The notes beneath the pieces were generated by a model that searched no databases, was not told the origin of the DNA, and saw nothing but the letters and a program-made list of their open reading frames with translations. From Basidiobolus meristosporus CBS 931.73 (taxonomy: Eukaryota > Fungi > Basidiobolomycota), in contig MCFE01000002.1 of the NCBI GenBank assembly GCA_002104905.1, positions 248,001 through 312,000 of the forward strand: a DNA stretch of 64,000 bases, given 5' to 3'. Position numbers and translations under genes: made by a program. Of this stretch, positions 12,295 to 25,854 are shown one piece after another. Every line of letters starts with the position of its first letter. Within the stretch, counting starts at the first letter, position 1.

Positions 12295-13388
12295 TTACAC
12301 GTCAGATGTTGATGGACGAAAAGCCTCAGCATTATTCTCAAAATATCTAGCTACAGTGTTCCCTCTAGTGCCTGTAAGCTTCATCATGTCTTCAGTGACA
12401 AAATTCATCTCGCGTCGCCTCACTAACTCACATAAATCTAGGTAAGTTTCTATTTGGTATGGTATATTCTCCGGGGTTTGGATCAAATCGAGGTCTTCTA
12501 TACTCCCAAGGTACTGACGGCACTCATCACGCGTAACTGGGTCGAATATAACAGGGGTGTCGAATATCTCACTTGCAACCCTCGCGATTTCTGCTCCGGT
12601 CAAAAGCTTGGGACCTGAGGAAAAGGTTAGCATGGTCAGTACGAAACTAGAAAAACCTGTTGCACTTATGTACCGGTCAAAATATAAGTATGGCTTTGAT
12701 GGCGATCAATCATCGTAGAGTATTCAATTATCTCGCCACAGGCTTGACATACATTGGAAACGTCGAGTGGTGCGAATTCCCCTTCTCCAAGTGGTATAGG
12801 GAGTACATTCTTTTCGAGCAATGGCTTGCGCCACCATACTAGTGTTTGCAAAAGGAAAGTTAATCTATCATAGGTTAGCATTAGTACGGTATATAAAAAC
12901 ATTGGCTACAGATGTGAAATAGATACAGGGAGGCATCCACCTCCAAATACTAACCTTAATATGCAAGTTTGAGCGGGGCTTTGAGTAACGCGCTCTTCAA
13001 GCTGCTTGAATTCGCGCAAGGAATCCAACTGTGAATCCACCCCAACATATGTGAAGCATATAATATTTGGCACGTGAACGATATCAGAGGCCTCAACACA
13101 TAGTAGAGCCAACTTGACTCGCTCTGGCTGAGGCCAAGGTAGAATGACCACCCAATCAAAGCCCTGAAAACAAGAGTTTAAGGCTTCCTGGTTCCCAAAG
13201 TCAGCCTTGACTACGCTACAACCGAAGCCTTCAAGCCTGTCATTAAGGTGGTTATCTTTCACCACTGCTTGAACTTTTTCGAAAGGACGATGGCTTCGAG
13301 ACAGTAGATACGAGCAAAGCCTTAGACCAAGAAAGCAGTCGGCTCCCACCACACATACTTTAGGTTTGTGGTTATCTGAGTGATTCAT
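12295..13388 (-). CDS. NmrA-like / NAD(P)-binding Rossmann protein, multi-exon
   Basis: KVCVVGADCFLG Rossmann start; VVKADFGNQEALNSCFQGFDWVVIL; PLGEGEFAPLDVSNV; HTYILTG; LLTGAEIARVASEIF; VTEDMMKLTG. Confidence 0.8.
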
Positions 13389-14017
13389 TAGAAAATGAAG
13401 CGACCCGCGTAAGATTAAAATAGAAGAGACGGTTTATCAAAGGGCACTCCAAAATTGTCAAGCAGCTATCAAGAATATGAGGCTGTTGGGTTTTGGTATC
13501 TTTGAATAAATCATGCCACAAGTAGATGAATGTGCATGTTACCCAATCAGGTTACCCAGCAATTGGTTATGGGCATTCATCAACATTCATGTAGCTGATC
13601 CGGAATGAGGGAACTGGGTGAAACGGCATCATCTACTACGACAAAAATGTCAGACACCAAAGAACATCACTACTACCTCAGGTACATCTGCATACCGTTT
13701 CACAGTGGTTAATGAAACCCAAACGGGTTTCTGAGCGCATACACACTGGCTGGTGGAATAATGTAAGTATCGGTTGTTTGCTTAGCGCGTAATTTCTGAA
13801 TCACGAAGTATCTCATCATAAACCGAACTCGATGATTGATTGATCCGCCGCATTTTCTAGAAGTCGGCCATTCCGCCGATTTTTTTGCCCCGTTTCAACG
13901 GAATCCGATCATAAATCTCATATATTAGTCCATATACACAAATTGGCCATCACCAAAGGCATACTCACTGCACCTTTTTCTTATTGAAGCGTATACACCC
14001 AGTGCCTATTGAACACG

Positions 14018-14891
14018 ATGAGCGATCGCGAAGGGGGAAATGGCCTCGATGACGATTTGTCCTTGCCCAAAGGTAGAGTGCTCTTTCAATCCCAAATGCT
14101 TTTCTACCCCGTTCAAATGTGATCCTTCCAACTGGTTTGCTAGTTGACACCATCAAGCCAAACCTCACCCCAACTTCAACAAGTTACGCGGGGAAGTCCT
14201 TGTAGTTTCGCTCCCACTCCATAACCCCCTTTTATGACGCGTGTCTCAATACACATCCATTGCCACCAGTACCAGCTAACTAACGTCTCTCTACCTTCCA
14301 CCAGCTACTGTACAGAAGCTCATCAACGAGATGATGCCTGACGACATCGTCTGCGCAAAAGATACCCGGGATCTTTTGATCGATTGCTGTGTGGGTAGGT
14401 TGACCTTTCAGCCTGTGTGTTATGGTCGTCCCTACGCTTCGCTTTGGCTAACGTTTGCTCGATTTTTGGCCTCGTGCAGAATTTATCCACCTTATAGCTT
14501 CGGAGGCTAACGAGATATGTGAGAAGGAGGCGAAGAAAACCATCGCTGCCGAGCACGTGATCGCCTCACTGCAGGTAAGTCGAGATAATCCTTTGTGAGG
14601 GAAGGGTTTGGTGACTTACAGAGTTCGATCTTTGTAGACTCTTGGGTTCGAAAATTATCTACCGGAAGTACAGGAGGTGTTTAAGGAGCACAAGAAGCAA
14701 CAGAAGGTAGGCATCAGCTCGTTGTACTTTCGAGGATTCAACTTATTGACATGATCATACATATATCTCAGGATCGGGATCGTAAGAGCTCGCGTTTGGA
14801 GAACAGCGGGATGTCCGAGGAAGAGCTTCTACGCAACCAAGCGATGCTATTTGCCCAAGCGCGAATGAAGTATGAGGCGCAGCAGCAGTGA
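14018..14891 (+). CDS. NCB2: Negative cofactor 2 beta (Dr1/NCB2), histone-fold, 5 exons
   Basis: Spliced read: MSDREGGNGLDDDLSLPK|ATVQKLINEMMPDDIVCAKDTRDLLIDCCV|EFIHLIASEANEICEKEAKKTIAAEHVIASLQ|TLGFENY...|...SEEELLRNQAMLFAQAR. Confidence 0.93.
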
Positions 14892-15641
14892 ATTACCAAC
14901 CCGAGTAACTATCTTATGTAAATGGGGCTTGTTGGATGGCCGACCTCCAAGCAAAGCAACCACCATTTCCGGCTCTACCCAACCCAACCTAGCCTTAGCC
15001 TATATGCTACGGACTCGGGACAATATGTGCTTGTTAGACATTCTGTAAATATCTCTTGAATCTTCCCCAATTCCTCCATTTGTCATTTACTCGATTGACC
15101 TTCCATCCAACATCCAATTGAGGGGTTGGTATGGCCACGTTCGTTTGGTGGAGCTTGAATCCATTGTTGCGTTTCTGGTCATTATCTCTTTCTTAACCTT
15201 AGTGTGCAGTGCTCGAATCCAATATCTCTATTTCGGATGCTTGATAGAACTTCCGTCTACTTTATGTACCTTCTCAGGCAGATGCATATACCGATCTCTC
15301 TCCATTCCCTGATGTCGTACCTCGGTTGAATAAAGAACGTTGGTTTCATGTGTGAATTTTACTTCAAAGTGGAAATCCCTTCGATGAACGCAGTCGCGGG
15401 CAAAGTGAAACCTTTTATGAATAAAAACTGGAAATTCGCCAAACAACCATCACCCATTGGCAAGACGTTGGTAAAGTGAAGTGTCCGACAAGCTTGGATG
15501 TTGAGGGACAGTCTATCCACGTGATGCACGGATCCGATGGGGGGGGGTACAAATAGAACATGTTCGCTACGGAGATAGACTACCGAAGTTTGGCCAAATA
15601 ACAAATGAACGTTGAAAACCAAGTCTCTCGCGTGACTCGTT

Positions 15642-16669
15642 TTACTCGTCCATGTCCTGCATGACATAGTCTTCATACGCGTAGCCCCTACGGAAAGGAA
15701 TCGCATTAATTATGATGGGAACAAGGCGAACCCACGACGATCAACTCTGCTTACTTTTGGCTATCGACATCACTCCCAGACTCGGAGTTGTCGTCCTCGC
15801 GTACTGGCCCTTGATAGCTAGGGGAGAATATGGAGATATGAGTTTGGGCTTGGGCTTGGCGAGACGTCACCACCTGGGTCAACCCCGGCCTACCTTAAGC
15901 TACTGCAGGTGAAGAAGAGGATTCTTTTCAGTTTGCGGTTGAAAAAGAAGTAGTTGAATGACCAGCTGTTCGGATGCAACAAGGTTCGGTTAGACAAGAC
16001 TCCACGCTGGACTGGTGCAACAAGAAGCCTTACATGGAGCTTTCGTCGGCGAACGGATCCGAGTCATTGTCGGGTACGTAGGAGTACACATCGCAATCGT
16101 TGAGCGTGATAGCCTCGTCAAGAACATCCCAAAACCGATGGGTCTGAATCAAATCAGCCCGTCCAAGACTAAACAGGGTGGTGTTGATGGAGTTCATAAC
16201 CATAGGCAGAGAGGGCTGCTTACTAAACTGCTCTGGTTTCAAGTCGCTACGAGAGAAGGGAAGCAGTCAATACGAGCGGGGAGCAGTACAGCGCCAAGGG
16301 TTCCTCACCTGAATTCGTAATCAGGGAAGGATGCGTTCAGGGTGGAGATCAGATAGAACAGCGTTTTCCGGGAGGAGGGCTGATCAAGGGGACCGAACGG
16401 GGATACGATCAGGTGGAGGTTTTGTTCCGGGGATAGACTGTACGCGGTGAGCTCCTCTTGGTGACGGGTCTCCAGCTGTTTGTACAGCTTTTTCTCGGCG
16501 CCGGTGCTTTTGCCTAAACAAAACGTCAGTTCTACGGGTGGTGGAAAGCGAGGAATGGGCCACGCGTACAGGAAAACGCCTCGACTCTCCCGTAGATTTT
16601 GCTGTCGGGCGTCTCGAAGATCAGGTACTTGTTGATCACGTCCAGGGTGGGAAACTCGAGAAACTTCAT
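15642..16669 (-). CDS. MAF1: RNA polymerase III repressor MAF1, multi-exon
   Basis: [13 protein letters not shown]...GRVEAFS; [31 protein letters not shown]; [19 protein letters not shown]; [25 protein letters not shown] donor after SQ joins in frame to a last exon [18 protein letters not shown]. Confidence 0.92.
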
Positions 16670-17218
16670 GGTGGTATGTTAAAGCGACCGCTGGGCTCGA
16701 AGGTTGGTTCTTCTCGTGTCTCTGGTTGAAAGACTTGTGAATCGTGGGTGGGATAAGATTAGTGGCGTATAGTATAATCCCGCCAGAAATATATAGAAAA
16801 TTTTTGGGACATTCGGTTAGCCGTATGCTCGTTCAAGTGAATTTCGATCTCAATGGTGGTTACACGTGAATTGATGATCTCTCTAAGGTACTTCAGTCTA
16901 GTTTCTGGAAACGATGGTCAGAAGTTCTCTATCGATCACATGATGTAGGACCGATTTACCCAAATATATCCAAGTACGTGAATATTATCTATGTAAATGT
17001 AGACGAACATCTTGTCATCAGTACATATAAGTGACTGGAGGCTACGATGGAATATTTATACGAGGAATGTATTTGAGGAGCATGCAGACTAAATGACCAA
17101 ACATAGTGACTGCAGATAACTAGGTCACCAGAGGAAATTGCCTAACCTATATTATACGAAGGATCGAGGTTGATTATACACAAGGTGCTGGAGGTGTCCG
17201 GGGTGTCCGGGGTGACAC

Positions 17219-20200
17219 TCAAGCTATGAGCGAAAGGATGGTATGGACTGCGTCGAGGGGTAATTGCGGGAGCACCCCCGAAAGGAGCAGCAGCGTTTGC
17301 TTGGGATCTTCGGACTTCTGGCTCTTGATCAACTCCGACATTTGCCTTAGCACGCACGGGTTTGGTATCTCGTTGTATATCAGATACCCACGAAGATAGC
17401 CTTGCGGATTCAGGGGGAACTCGAGCTGGTTGAGGTACTGTCGGATCGTCTGAGTTCGGTTGGGGTCGTCCACTTGGGTGAAGGCGGTGCTGAGTTGATG
17501 CTCGATGTAAGCCCGGAACTCTTGCTGGATAAGAGGCTCGTTGCGACTGTGGTAAGCCGGAGAGTTGTAGTAGTGAAGGATGATCTTGGTGTTCCATAAC
17601 GAATGGGACTCTACCCGGCTACGCAGAGATTGCAGGCTATGGTATAGCGCGAGGTAAGTGTGGAGGATTTCCGGTTTATCTTTGGTCACGCACTCGTAGA
17701 GTATCGATCGACAAAACTCGGACAACCCTTCGGTCCCAGTCCCGACCCCAACGCTGCTGGCGGTGTTGGCGTCCTGTATATCACAGAAGTATTGTGTGAA
17801 GGCCTGCAGCTGCGGGTCCGCTGAGAAGGATTTCATGTCTTCAGTAACTGCCGAGGCCCCCTTCATATGGCTCAATCTCGAGAAGCCCTGGGTCAGGATG
17901 CTTCTGTAACCCTTGGGGTCTTCATTGTATGACAGATGGCCGATCTTTCGTTTGACAAATATGGTTGGGTTGTTGGAGAGGGATTTGGCGTGGAACTCGT
18001 TCCCTGCGATATCCAACACGATGGGCCAATACCTCGGACTACTGATGGTAATGGAATGAACGATCTTAAGGTCGGGAAGCAGACATGGTGTAGTCAGCTC
18101 ATACTCCGATGTCTCCCCGTCTTCTTTGAGCAGTTTCACCGAGATGGGTATATGGCAGGCCTCTCGGGTATCTATATCCCGCGTGACCAAGCAGCGCGGC
18201 TCAATGGCCAAGACCCAGAGATGTCTGAGTGCTTGGAGATGGGATCGATTGTCGCCAGGGTCTTTCGGGTAGCGAGGGAACAGCGAAATCACAAGAGCCG
18301 CGATGGCTTTGTTTGACCTTCCCAATGTGAAGTTGCCGCCTCCTAGGAAGAGAAGGCCAAGTGCCATATGCGATGCCATGTGGTTTCCGTAGGTGACATC
18401 TGGCGTGATTCTTCCGTGTAGCACCCGTAATCTACGCATCACCTCCAGATTGCCAGTGCCCGCCATGACGAGGGCAACAGAAGTGCACACCACATCTAGA
18501 CAAGACTTCACCGTGCTCCTGGTGATATTCTCTTCAAACGCGGCTGACGGACCACCCGATGACAAGAGGATGAAATGGTCCAATTTGGCCAAGAGACACT
18601 GGAAGGCCGTCTCGTTTGCCGATCCAGCATACTTCAAGCCAATGCTGAAGCAGGCCCCAGCAACAATATAGTAGCAGAAGCGCTTCATGGATTCCCTGTA
18701 GGGCAAGCTTATGCTGGGGCTGCCCGGGGAGCTCTTCAACGCGGGCTTGATCGAATCGGGGATCTGGGACTGAATCCACTCCTCGGTAGGTTCAATGGAG
18801 CTCCATAGGATCAAGTTGCGGCTGATAACTCTCAAAGCTGTGAAATCAGGTCGAATGCTTTCAAGTTGTGCCCAGTTGTCCGGAATTCGAAGTTTTTCGG
18901 CAACAACCTGATTCTGCGTGCGGATATACATCAAGCCTAGAGCAAGCGTAGCTCCAGGGGCAGTAATGTCGGTGTTAATATACACGGACTCGTTTCCCTT
19001 AGACTCTGCACATCTCCCGAGGCCTAGAGGTTTTCCATTCTTGTTCAAGTGTCTTCCCCCGTTCATCAGGCGACACAGCTCTTCAACAATGTGCAAGTCG
19101 GTAAGCCCCGCCATATCATCGCCGCGACCTAGAGTGATTAGCCCAAGGGCAACTCCAGCCGAGAGTGCCACGCTCTCAGGCAGGTCGTGAGCTTCTGAAG
19201 ATGGCGTGTTTCTTTTTCCCAGTTCTTTGAGCATCACTTCAACCATTCGTCGATGAGACGATCCCAAGTAAACGAGACCCATTCCTAATAAGCTTGCCGA
19301 CTGGGTAAGCGGAGAAAGGTGGATATCCGAAGAATCAGGCGACAATAAGGGGGGGATGTGGATTGCTAGTAATTTAGTCACCGTGGTGTCCATCGTACCA
19401 CAGTAGGCGGAGGATAATCCAAGGAGCAAGCCTATCGACGTCATATCATGCTTATGGGTCAGGTAGCTAAACGAATGCCATGGGACCATTCTTCGGAGGT
19501 GACCTGTTAATCCAAGGGCATAAAGCAGCCCGGCATGCTTGCTATCCGGCTCATCAGGCCTGTTGTATACGATCCAAGAGCCATCGATCTCACTACAGTA
19601 TTGTGATATCCGTAAACCAGCAGCGACACCGTCATGGAAGGACGGCCATTCCTCGTATTCTGGAGGGAAAAGGGCAGTATCCAAGGCAACCACTGAATTC
19701 AGAGGGGGAATCTTCGCAGCAACGGTAATCCCCGGAATGGGGTATTTCTCAGCCAAATTCGGTTTAAAGGTGCCGAATGTTAAAATACCGCGACCCACCG
19801 GTAAGGCATAGGTGCGGCGAGAAAGAATTCCTATGTGGCCTTGTTGAACAGCGGATATCTCGTGCTCGCTGGTCTCAGCCAGATCCGAAATGAACAACTT
19901 CACCGGCTTTGTGGACTGCAGTAGCCTTTGGACTTCTTTGAGCCTCAGGTCGTCGCAAAATCGGAGCATCGGGATTTCGTTCAAGGTAATCTCTGCGCCG
20001 GTTTCGTCGGTGTTTGAGCCCTGGATTGGCAGTACAGATTGGCAAATGCTATGAACATCCGAAGGTTGATTTGCCTGTGATCAGCAAGGGGTTACACATT
20101 GGACTGTATCGATGTGGCGTGGTTGGCAACGTACCATTTGCTTTTTGGATGATTCAGGGGGCGACAGGTTGCTTTGAAGCTGCTCAGCCATGTCTTCTCT

Positions 20201-22903
20201 ACCTAATGAACAATCTTAGCACCCAATCAGCTCTTTCGATAAACGGTAAGCATACCTATCAGTCTGTAGGCGTCTATTGGCCAATTGGCTGAAGGCTTTT
20301 TGCGGCAATGATGGATTGCCTCGCGGAGCGGAAGCGAGATACCAAACGGAAGTTGTTCCAGGTCTCTCTGTTGAAAATCTTCATCGATCATCGTCTTGAT
20401 CAACGATTCAGGATTTTCTTGGCACGAAACCAGCGTATGGAAGAGTTTGCAGATTGCTCGAGTCTGTGTGCAGCAACGTCTGTTCAATACGAAGTCTTCA
20501 TCGCTACGGCCGAATATACTCGGGATTTGGTGAGGCGAGGGAAAGTCAGAGATTGGCTTCAAGCTAAGAATATCCAGCACCCATTGGTATATGTTGGGAG
20601 GACTGATAGCAATCAGCTCATATTCCGGCGGGGTTTCAATAAGCAGGCCTAGATGAAGGAAATTGTCAGCAATGTTTGCGTAAGAATTGGCGGTTACGTT
20701 CGGTGCTACCATTCGGAAGATCATAATCTACATCATTGTCTCGTCTGTAATAATCAATGTAGTTCTCCCATTGAATAATCGTTGCAAGTTGAACAAGTAC
20801 GGGGCAGAGATCCTTGGTAGAAGGTTGAGTAATCACGTTCAACTTCGCGTCTTCGTAGACTAGGTGAAGAGCAAAAAGCACTTGTGCGAGTAGGTTCGGA
20901 AAGCAGGATACCACTGGATGAGAAGTGTGCAGTCTTCGGGATTCCTCATAAAGCCTAGTATATTTGTGCTTCGATAAAACGGGTAAACGAGAATCACCCA
21001 AATATGCTTCGAAATTTTGGTGGAACCTCGCGTGATGCTCCGAGCCAAGCAGAAACTCCCAGTCATCCTCCGAGTCCTGTTCTGAGTTACTAACAGAATC
21101 TGGCTCGACTGAGCGCTCTTGAGCAGATGTTCCAGCGGGAAGTTTTGCTTGACAGAAATAAAGCAGATTAACAATGAATGTATCCCATTCGTCATCACTG
21201 CCTGCATATTGCCATATTGCAACGTCAAATAATGCGCCAAAAAGGTACTGTATGTGTCGATAGGAAGGGCGCAACTAAGCGCTTTGAGACAGCGACGGAC
21301 TAGCATCGATTTAGGAATAAAATCTAGCGCAACCCGAACTACGCTAGAGTCCGAGAGCATGAGATTGACTCGACTAGAGACCTGATCCTGGATATCAACA
21401 ACGTGAACATTTCCCGGATCACGGAACAAAGTTGGATTCTCGTCGAATGACATGTCATGGCTAATGTCCATCGACATGTCCATGTCCATGTCCATATCAG
21501 AATCAGAGCATGGTGTTGAAGAGAAGATCGGATGACTACGGGAGGGAGTGTGAGGCATCTCGGGCGGTTTCGCTACGTCCAAAATCTTTGTTGAGAGCGT
21601 GCACTCAAGTTCAACCTGGCCAGCGACTTGTAGTTGTAAAGTCGAATTGGGCTTTAATACAAGAATGTCCACCAAGTCCTTTCGAATCGCTTTGATGGGT
21701 ATTGCTGCGATTCCCTCAGTCTTCAGAACCTGCTTTGACTTGCCTAGGTTGTTCTGACTGTAAGCAATGTCAAACCCATACAACGTCTTTGTAGCCTTGA
21801 ATAGAAAACATAGCACCTCGTTGCCTCTTAAATCATGCGAAATGAAAACATTGTCGGCTTGGCTACATAGAATAAACCAACATCAGTATGTTTCTTGTAT
21901 ATGAATAATGGGGGCTTTACCTTGCAGATGGCTCGGACCATAGCAATTGCAAGGATATAGGAGATTTCATCTGTGCAGTGTAGCAATAAGATAAGGCAGA
22001 TGTTTGTTCAGGTTCGCCGGACCATACTCTCTCGAGTTCTAAACTTGACTCTCTGCGACTTTTTTTGTTGGGCACATATGGCACTTTCTCGTCTGTTGTT
22101 TGACTGATCTTGCTATAGGTCCAGATATAATGCTTACGGGTTGACTTGCTAAATGTAACTATAATCGGATGATTGTCCGTCCTGTCGCTTACAAATACCA
22201 CTGCATGATTCGCGTCAGCAAACGGCTGATCTAGAATCAAGGGTGGAGGAAGGGCTTTGTCAGGGCGTGTTGTAAGATACTTCATTTCTTCAAAAGGCTC
22301 TAACAGTGTGAAGAATATGGGAAAATTGTTCAACTCTGGCCGCGCCATATGGACCTTATCCTCAAGGCCGCGTTTGAAGAGCAAACCATTCGTTAAGGGC
22401 CAAGCTTCTGCGACAGGAAATGGTAGGTGGATGATATGTGCTTCCCCATTTTCAAAGTACACTCGCGCGGTGTCACGCAGTAGTACAAAGAGGATTTTCC
22501 TTCTAGCTGCAGTGTGTTTTGCACTTGAGTTGGATCCCTTTTCGGCATTCGAGTCCTCAGGAGCTTGGTTAATATTTTGACCAAGTTTATCCGCTTCGAG
22601 GATGTCACTCATTTGCTTTTCCTCAAAGCATGCCCAAAAGGCCTGCCGGATCGGAAGTAGCTCCTCGGGGAAAGTGAATTTTTTCTTCAATAATGAGCCT
22701 TGACTCCAGATGACACTGGTTCGAGTGAGGTAGATTTCCTCTTCCCCGCCGCCCTTTGCTTCATATAACTTGTAGTTGTTTGGTAAAGAATACCGAGGCT
22801 GGAAGGAAGGAAAATGCGGTAAGAATACGTCAGTTGGCTGTGTCGAAACACTTGAAAGTGTTGAGCCGTATGGTTTGAATTTCCCTAGATACTGGACTTG
22901 CAT
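17219..22903 (-). CDS. APC1: Anaphase-promoting complex subunit 1, multi-exon
   Basis: N-terminal WD-like region (TSVIWSQG, LPFPVAEAWPL); RFCDDLRLKEVQRLLQS; WPSFHDGVAAGL; PC repeats (SAGVALGLITLGRG, TAPGATLALGLMY); YGNHMASHMALGLLFLGGG; HLQALRHLWVLA. Confidence 0.95.
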
Positions 22904-23168
22904 AACAACTCATGTATGGACACTCAGTCGGCACTACTCCACACCCAGTATCTGACCAAATGAGCAAACAACTTTGTGTTTTCTTTGTTTTGTTTTCTTG
23001 AGATCGATAATTCGAATTTCTCATCCAATTGCTACCCCCTATAGTTGGTCGATTTTTGTATGATTGTTGGAGGGCCATCTATGGATTTCTGGAGAAAAAC
23101 CAGTCTCCCGATGACCATATCATTGGTTTATTATATACAGTATTCACTTGTATGCTTTGCTCCTACCT

Positions 23169-23552
23169 CTACTCTTCATGATGGTAATACTCTCTAAAAG
23201 TGACATAACGACGTCTATGTGGCTGGCTATAGTGCCCTTCGAACTCCTCGATGATCGCGTTGGTGACCTCCTCCAACTCGGCACACATTTCATCAAACAG
23301 GTCAACTTCAGTGATCTTAGGGCCTAGGAAAAACGCTTCCAGCCACTCTTCGTCTGAATCGTCGTCAGAAACGTCGGTGTACCACTCTTCCCAAGATATA
23401 TCGTAACTTTCCACCGTGGGCAGAGAAGCATTCTGCTCGAGGGTAACCTCCTCAATAACCACAGAATGGCCAGGCGATATAATGGTTCTTTTGGAAGTAG
23501 TGGTACTGACACCGCTGTTGGGTGGCGAAACTGAATCTTTCTTGGAAGACAT
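23169..23552 (-). CDS. Hypothetical 127-aa acidic protein
   Basis: ATG-to-stop ORF between APC1 and securin with biased composition (SWEEWYTDVSDDDSDEEWLEAFF); no family recognised. Confidence 0.5.
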   Translation of the reverse strand: MSSKKDSVSPPNSGVSTTTSKRTIISPGHSVVIEEVTLEQNASLPTVESYDISWEEWYTDVSDDDSDEEWLEAFFLGPKITEVDLFDEMCAELEEVTNAIIEEFEGHYSQPHRRRYVTFREYYHHEE

Positions 23553-24052
23553 GGTTGGATCTTTTATTCAAGAGCGCACGACAGCCTTGGGGATGATTAA
23601 TTTGATGTGTAATCGTTGTGATACCCACGTCTGATGGTTATATAGTATTCACTGGGCCTCCAACGCCATTATGAACATCCAATTACGCGCATTGCCATCC
23701 CTCATGAAGCAGCTGTAAAAACAACGTCACCTTTCGGGATGTTATGATTGGGTAGCACGAGCTGTCATATCAGTCATTCAAGTCTAGATACCTCGCTGAA
23801 TGACACGATGCTCCGAAAGCCGGATCTTCCGGCCTGAGCCGAAAACACTGATTAAATAATTGATTAACTCCTCGAAAATTTGATGTCAACCATGTCAAGT
23901 CACCTCTCTTTCCTCATTGGCCATTGGCTGGAGTTATGTTTTTATATTCCTAGTTACCCTATTACCAGGGTGTCCCAAACATAAAGTAAATAAAGGGATT
24001 CGACCAATATCCCGAGACTAGCTTGAGCAGACTTCGCCCTACTCTTGTTATT

Positions 24053-25040
24053 ATGCTGCGCTCAAGAAATACACATCTAGATAAGGAGAATGAGGTGCTG
24101 ATGTACCATAGAACCCCTGGACGTGGTTTGAAAAATTCTACCACCAATGCGATGAAAACCAAAACCCCACATCTCAACGCCAAAACCCCATTTCGTAAGC
24201 AACCAACTCAACAATCCACTTCGATTATTTTCACGCGTATTAACCCCCTCCTCCTCCCCCGACAGCCCTAACAGCCAAAACAAACACGCGCGTCGCCACC
24301 GAGAACAGGCCCGCACTTCAGGCTAAAGGAAAAAATTTGCTCGAAACTACGGCCAGAAAAGGGGGATTCCTCAAAGATATCACAAACAAGACACCCGCCC
24401 CAGGGAAGACCGCTCAAAAAACCACCAATACCAACAAAAAGGCACCTTTAGGAGGCTCCCTCAAGAGAAGCTTGTTAAAGGACAAGCTCCTTGCAGTCAG
24501 CAACAATAACAAAGCCGTCAGTATTGAGAAGACCGACTCCAATCCATTCATCGAGGATTGTGTGCCCGAAGAAGTACTGGAGGCACCAAAGGAAGAGGAT
24601 TTTGAGATTGAGTACATGCCTCCCAAACCCAAGGGTACGTCTAGTAGTATCAAAGGAAATGACGCGAACCTTGCTAACCTTGCTAACCTGGCACCCCACA
24701 AATACAGAGCTGCCCTACGATCCAGGCTTTGATCTCGACTTTGATGACCTACTTTCCCTTCCCACAGATAATTTCTACATGAGCAGAAATGCCGACAAGT
24801 ACGAACCGAAGTCCCCAGATTTTTCACTAGAGGATATTGGAAGTGGCTTCAGTGGTAAGCAATCATTCGCACTTTCAGCCAGACGCACCAAGCTAACGTA
24901 TGATATTAGATCTGCCAGACTTGCAATTTGACGACATACCCGAATCCAAATTCGAAGACATCGAAGTCCCAATGTTCCAACGCATGTCACTACTTCCGCG
25001 GCCAACACCCATCCAGAAGTTCAAACTGAGCTATAAATAA
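24053..25040 (+). CDS. Securin (Cut2/Pds1-like separase inhibitor), 4 exons
   Basis: In-frame splices at ~24193/24266, ~24637/24711 and ~24853/24910. KEN box DKENEV; D-box-like RKGGFLKDITN; EEDFEIEYMPPKPKELPYDPGFDLDFDDL resembles the S. pombe Cut2 EEDIEYMPP separase-binding motif (recalled from memory). Confidence 0.7.
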
Positions 25041-25854
25041 GTGGTTGTCATGAATGTATATGAATTGTATGTATTAAATAAATCTCCATGATCTATTACC
25101 GAATCTTTTGTTCAGAACTGGCTTCACACTCCTAGTCAGAGTGAAGGAACCTACATCAAGTATGCGTATATATGCATAAATGGTCGTGGTGAACGAGGAT
25201 GGCACACGACTCGGATCATCCTAGCAAAGACGTGGAGTGCTTGCATATAGCAACTATACTCTTATTATTGCTACCCGTGCCGGAGATTCTTCCGGAAACA
25301 CCACTGTCACACAACCATAATTACATGCGTAGCTGGGGACGCTAATTGCCTAAACCCTAAATTGAATTCTAATCCAACCCTAATTCATTCTTCACCTGAT
25401 TATTTTGCTCATTCGAGCCATATACTTGCTAAATATAGTTCTGATTCTTGGCAGATAATTGGTAGGCTGAAAGACAACTGACCTGTCGTTGTATTGTGAA
25501 GTGCGCATTTGTGACAGAGTAGATTATGATGGTTGGGATCTCTTGTACAACCCACTGACTACGAGCTGGTTACAGGTGGAGAATGCTCCAATTTCTCAGC
25601 AAGCGCCTGTCTGGAATTTAACCCCTTTTTCTGGATTGCTTTTAAATTGCCGCATGATTGCTGAACCTGCACTCTTCTATTACTCTGTTTCTTCTCTGGA
25701 ACCATCTGCTCTTTGTTTCGTGTAGAACCTGTCCCTGTCCTTCCAACGCACCCAACAAAGCCGGTCAACTAACTGGCCGGTCTAAAACTAAAAACATTAA
25801 AGCACTCCTTCGAGGAAGCTATCCCCACCACTTTAGTAGCACCCTTCCACCAAC

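Noticed and set aside
15228-15706. Minus-strand ORFs of 115 and 72 aa downstream of MAF1
   Set aside because: 15642-15689 is better explained as the last MAF1 exon in another frame; the rest is probably 3' UTR.
17193-17214. GGTGTCCGG tandem repeat after the APC1 stop
   Set aside because: Short (2-3 unit) microsatellite with no spacers; not CRISPR-like.
17142-19811. Many plus-strand ORFs of 60-150 aa over APC1
   Set aside because: Antisense shadows of a long conserved CDS; the same applies to shadows over PTR2, SEC61 (45085-45810) and others.
24666-24690. Duplicated CTTGCTAAC in a securin intron (double branch site)
   Set aside because: A simple 9-bp slippage duplication; no evidence of alternative splicing.
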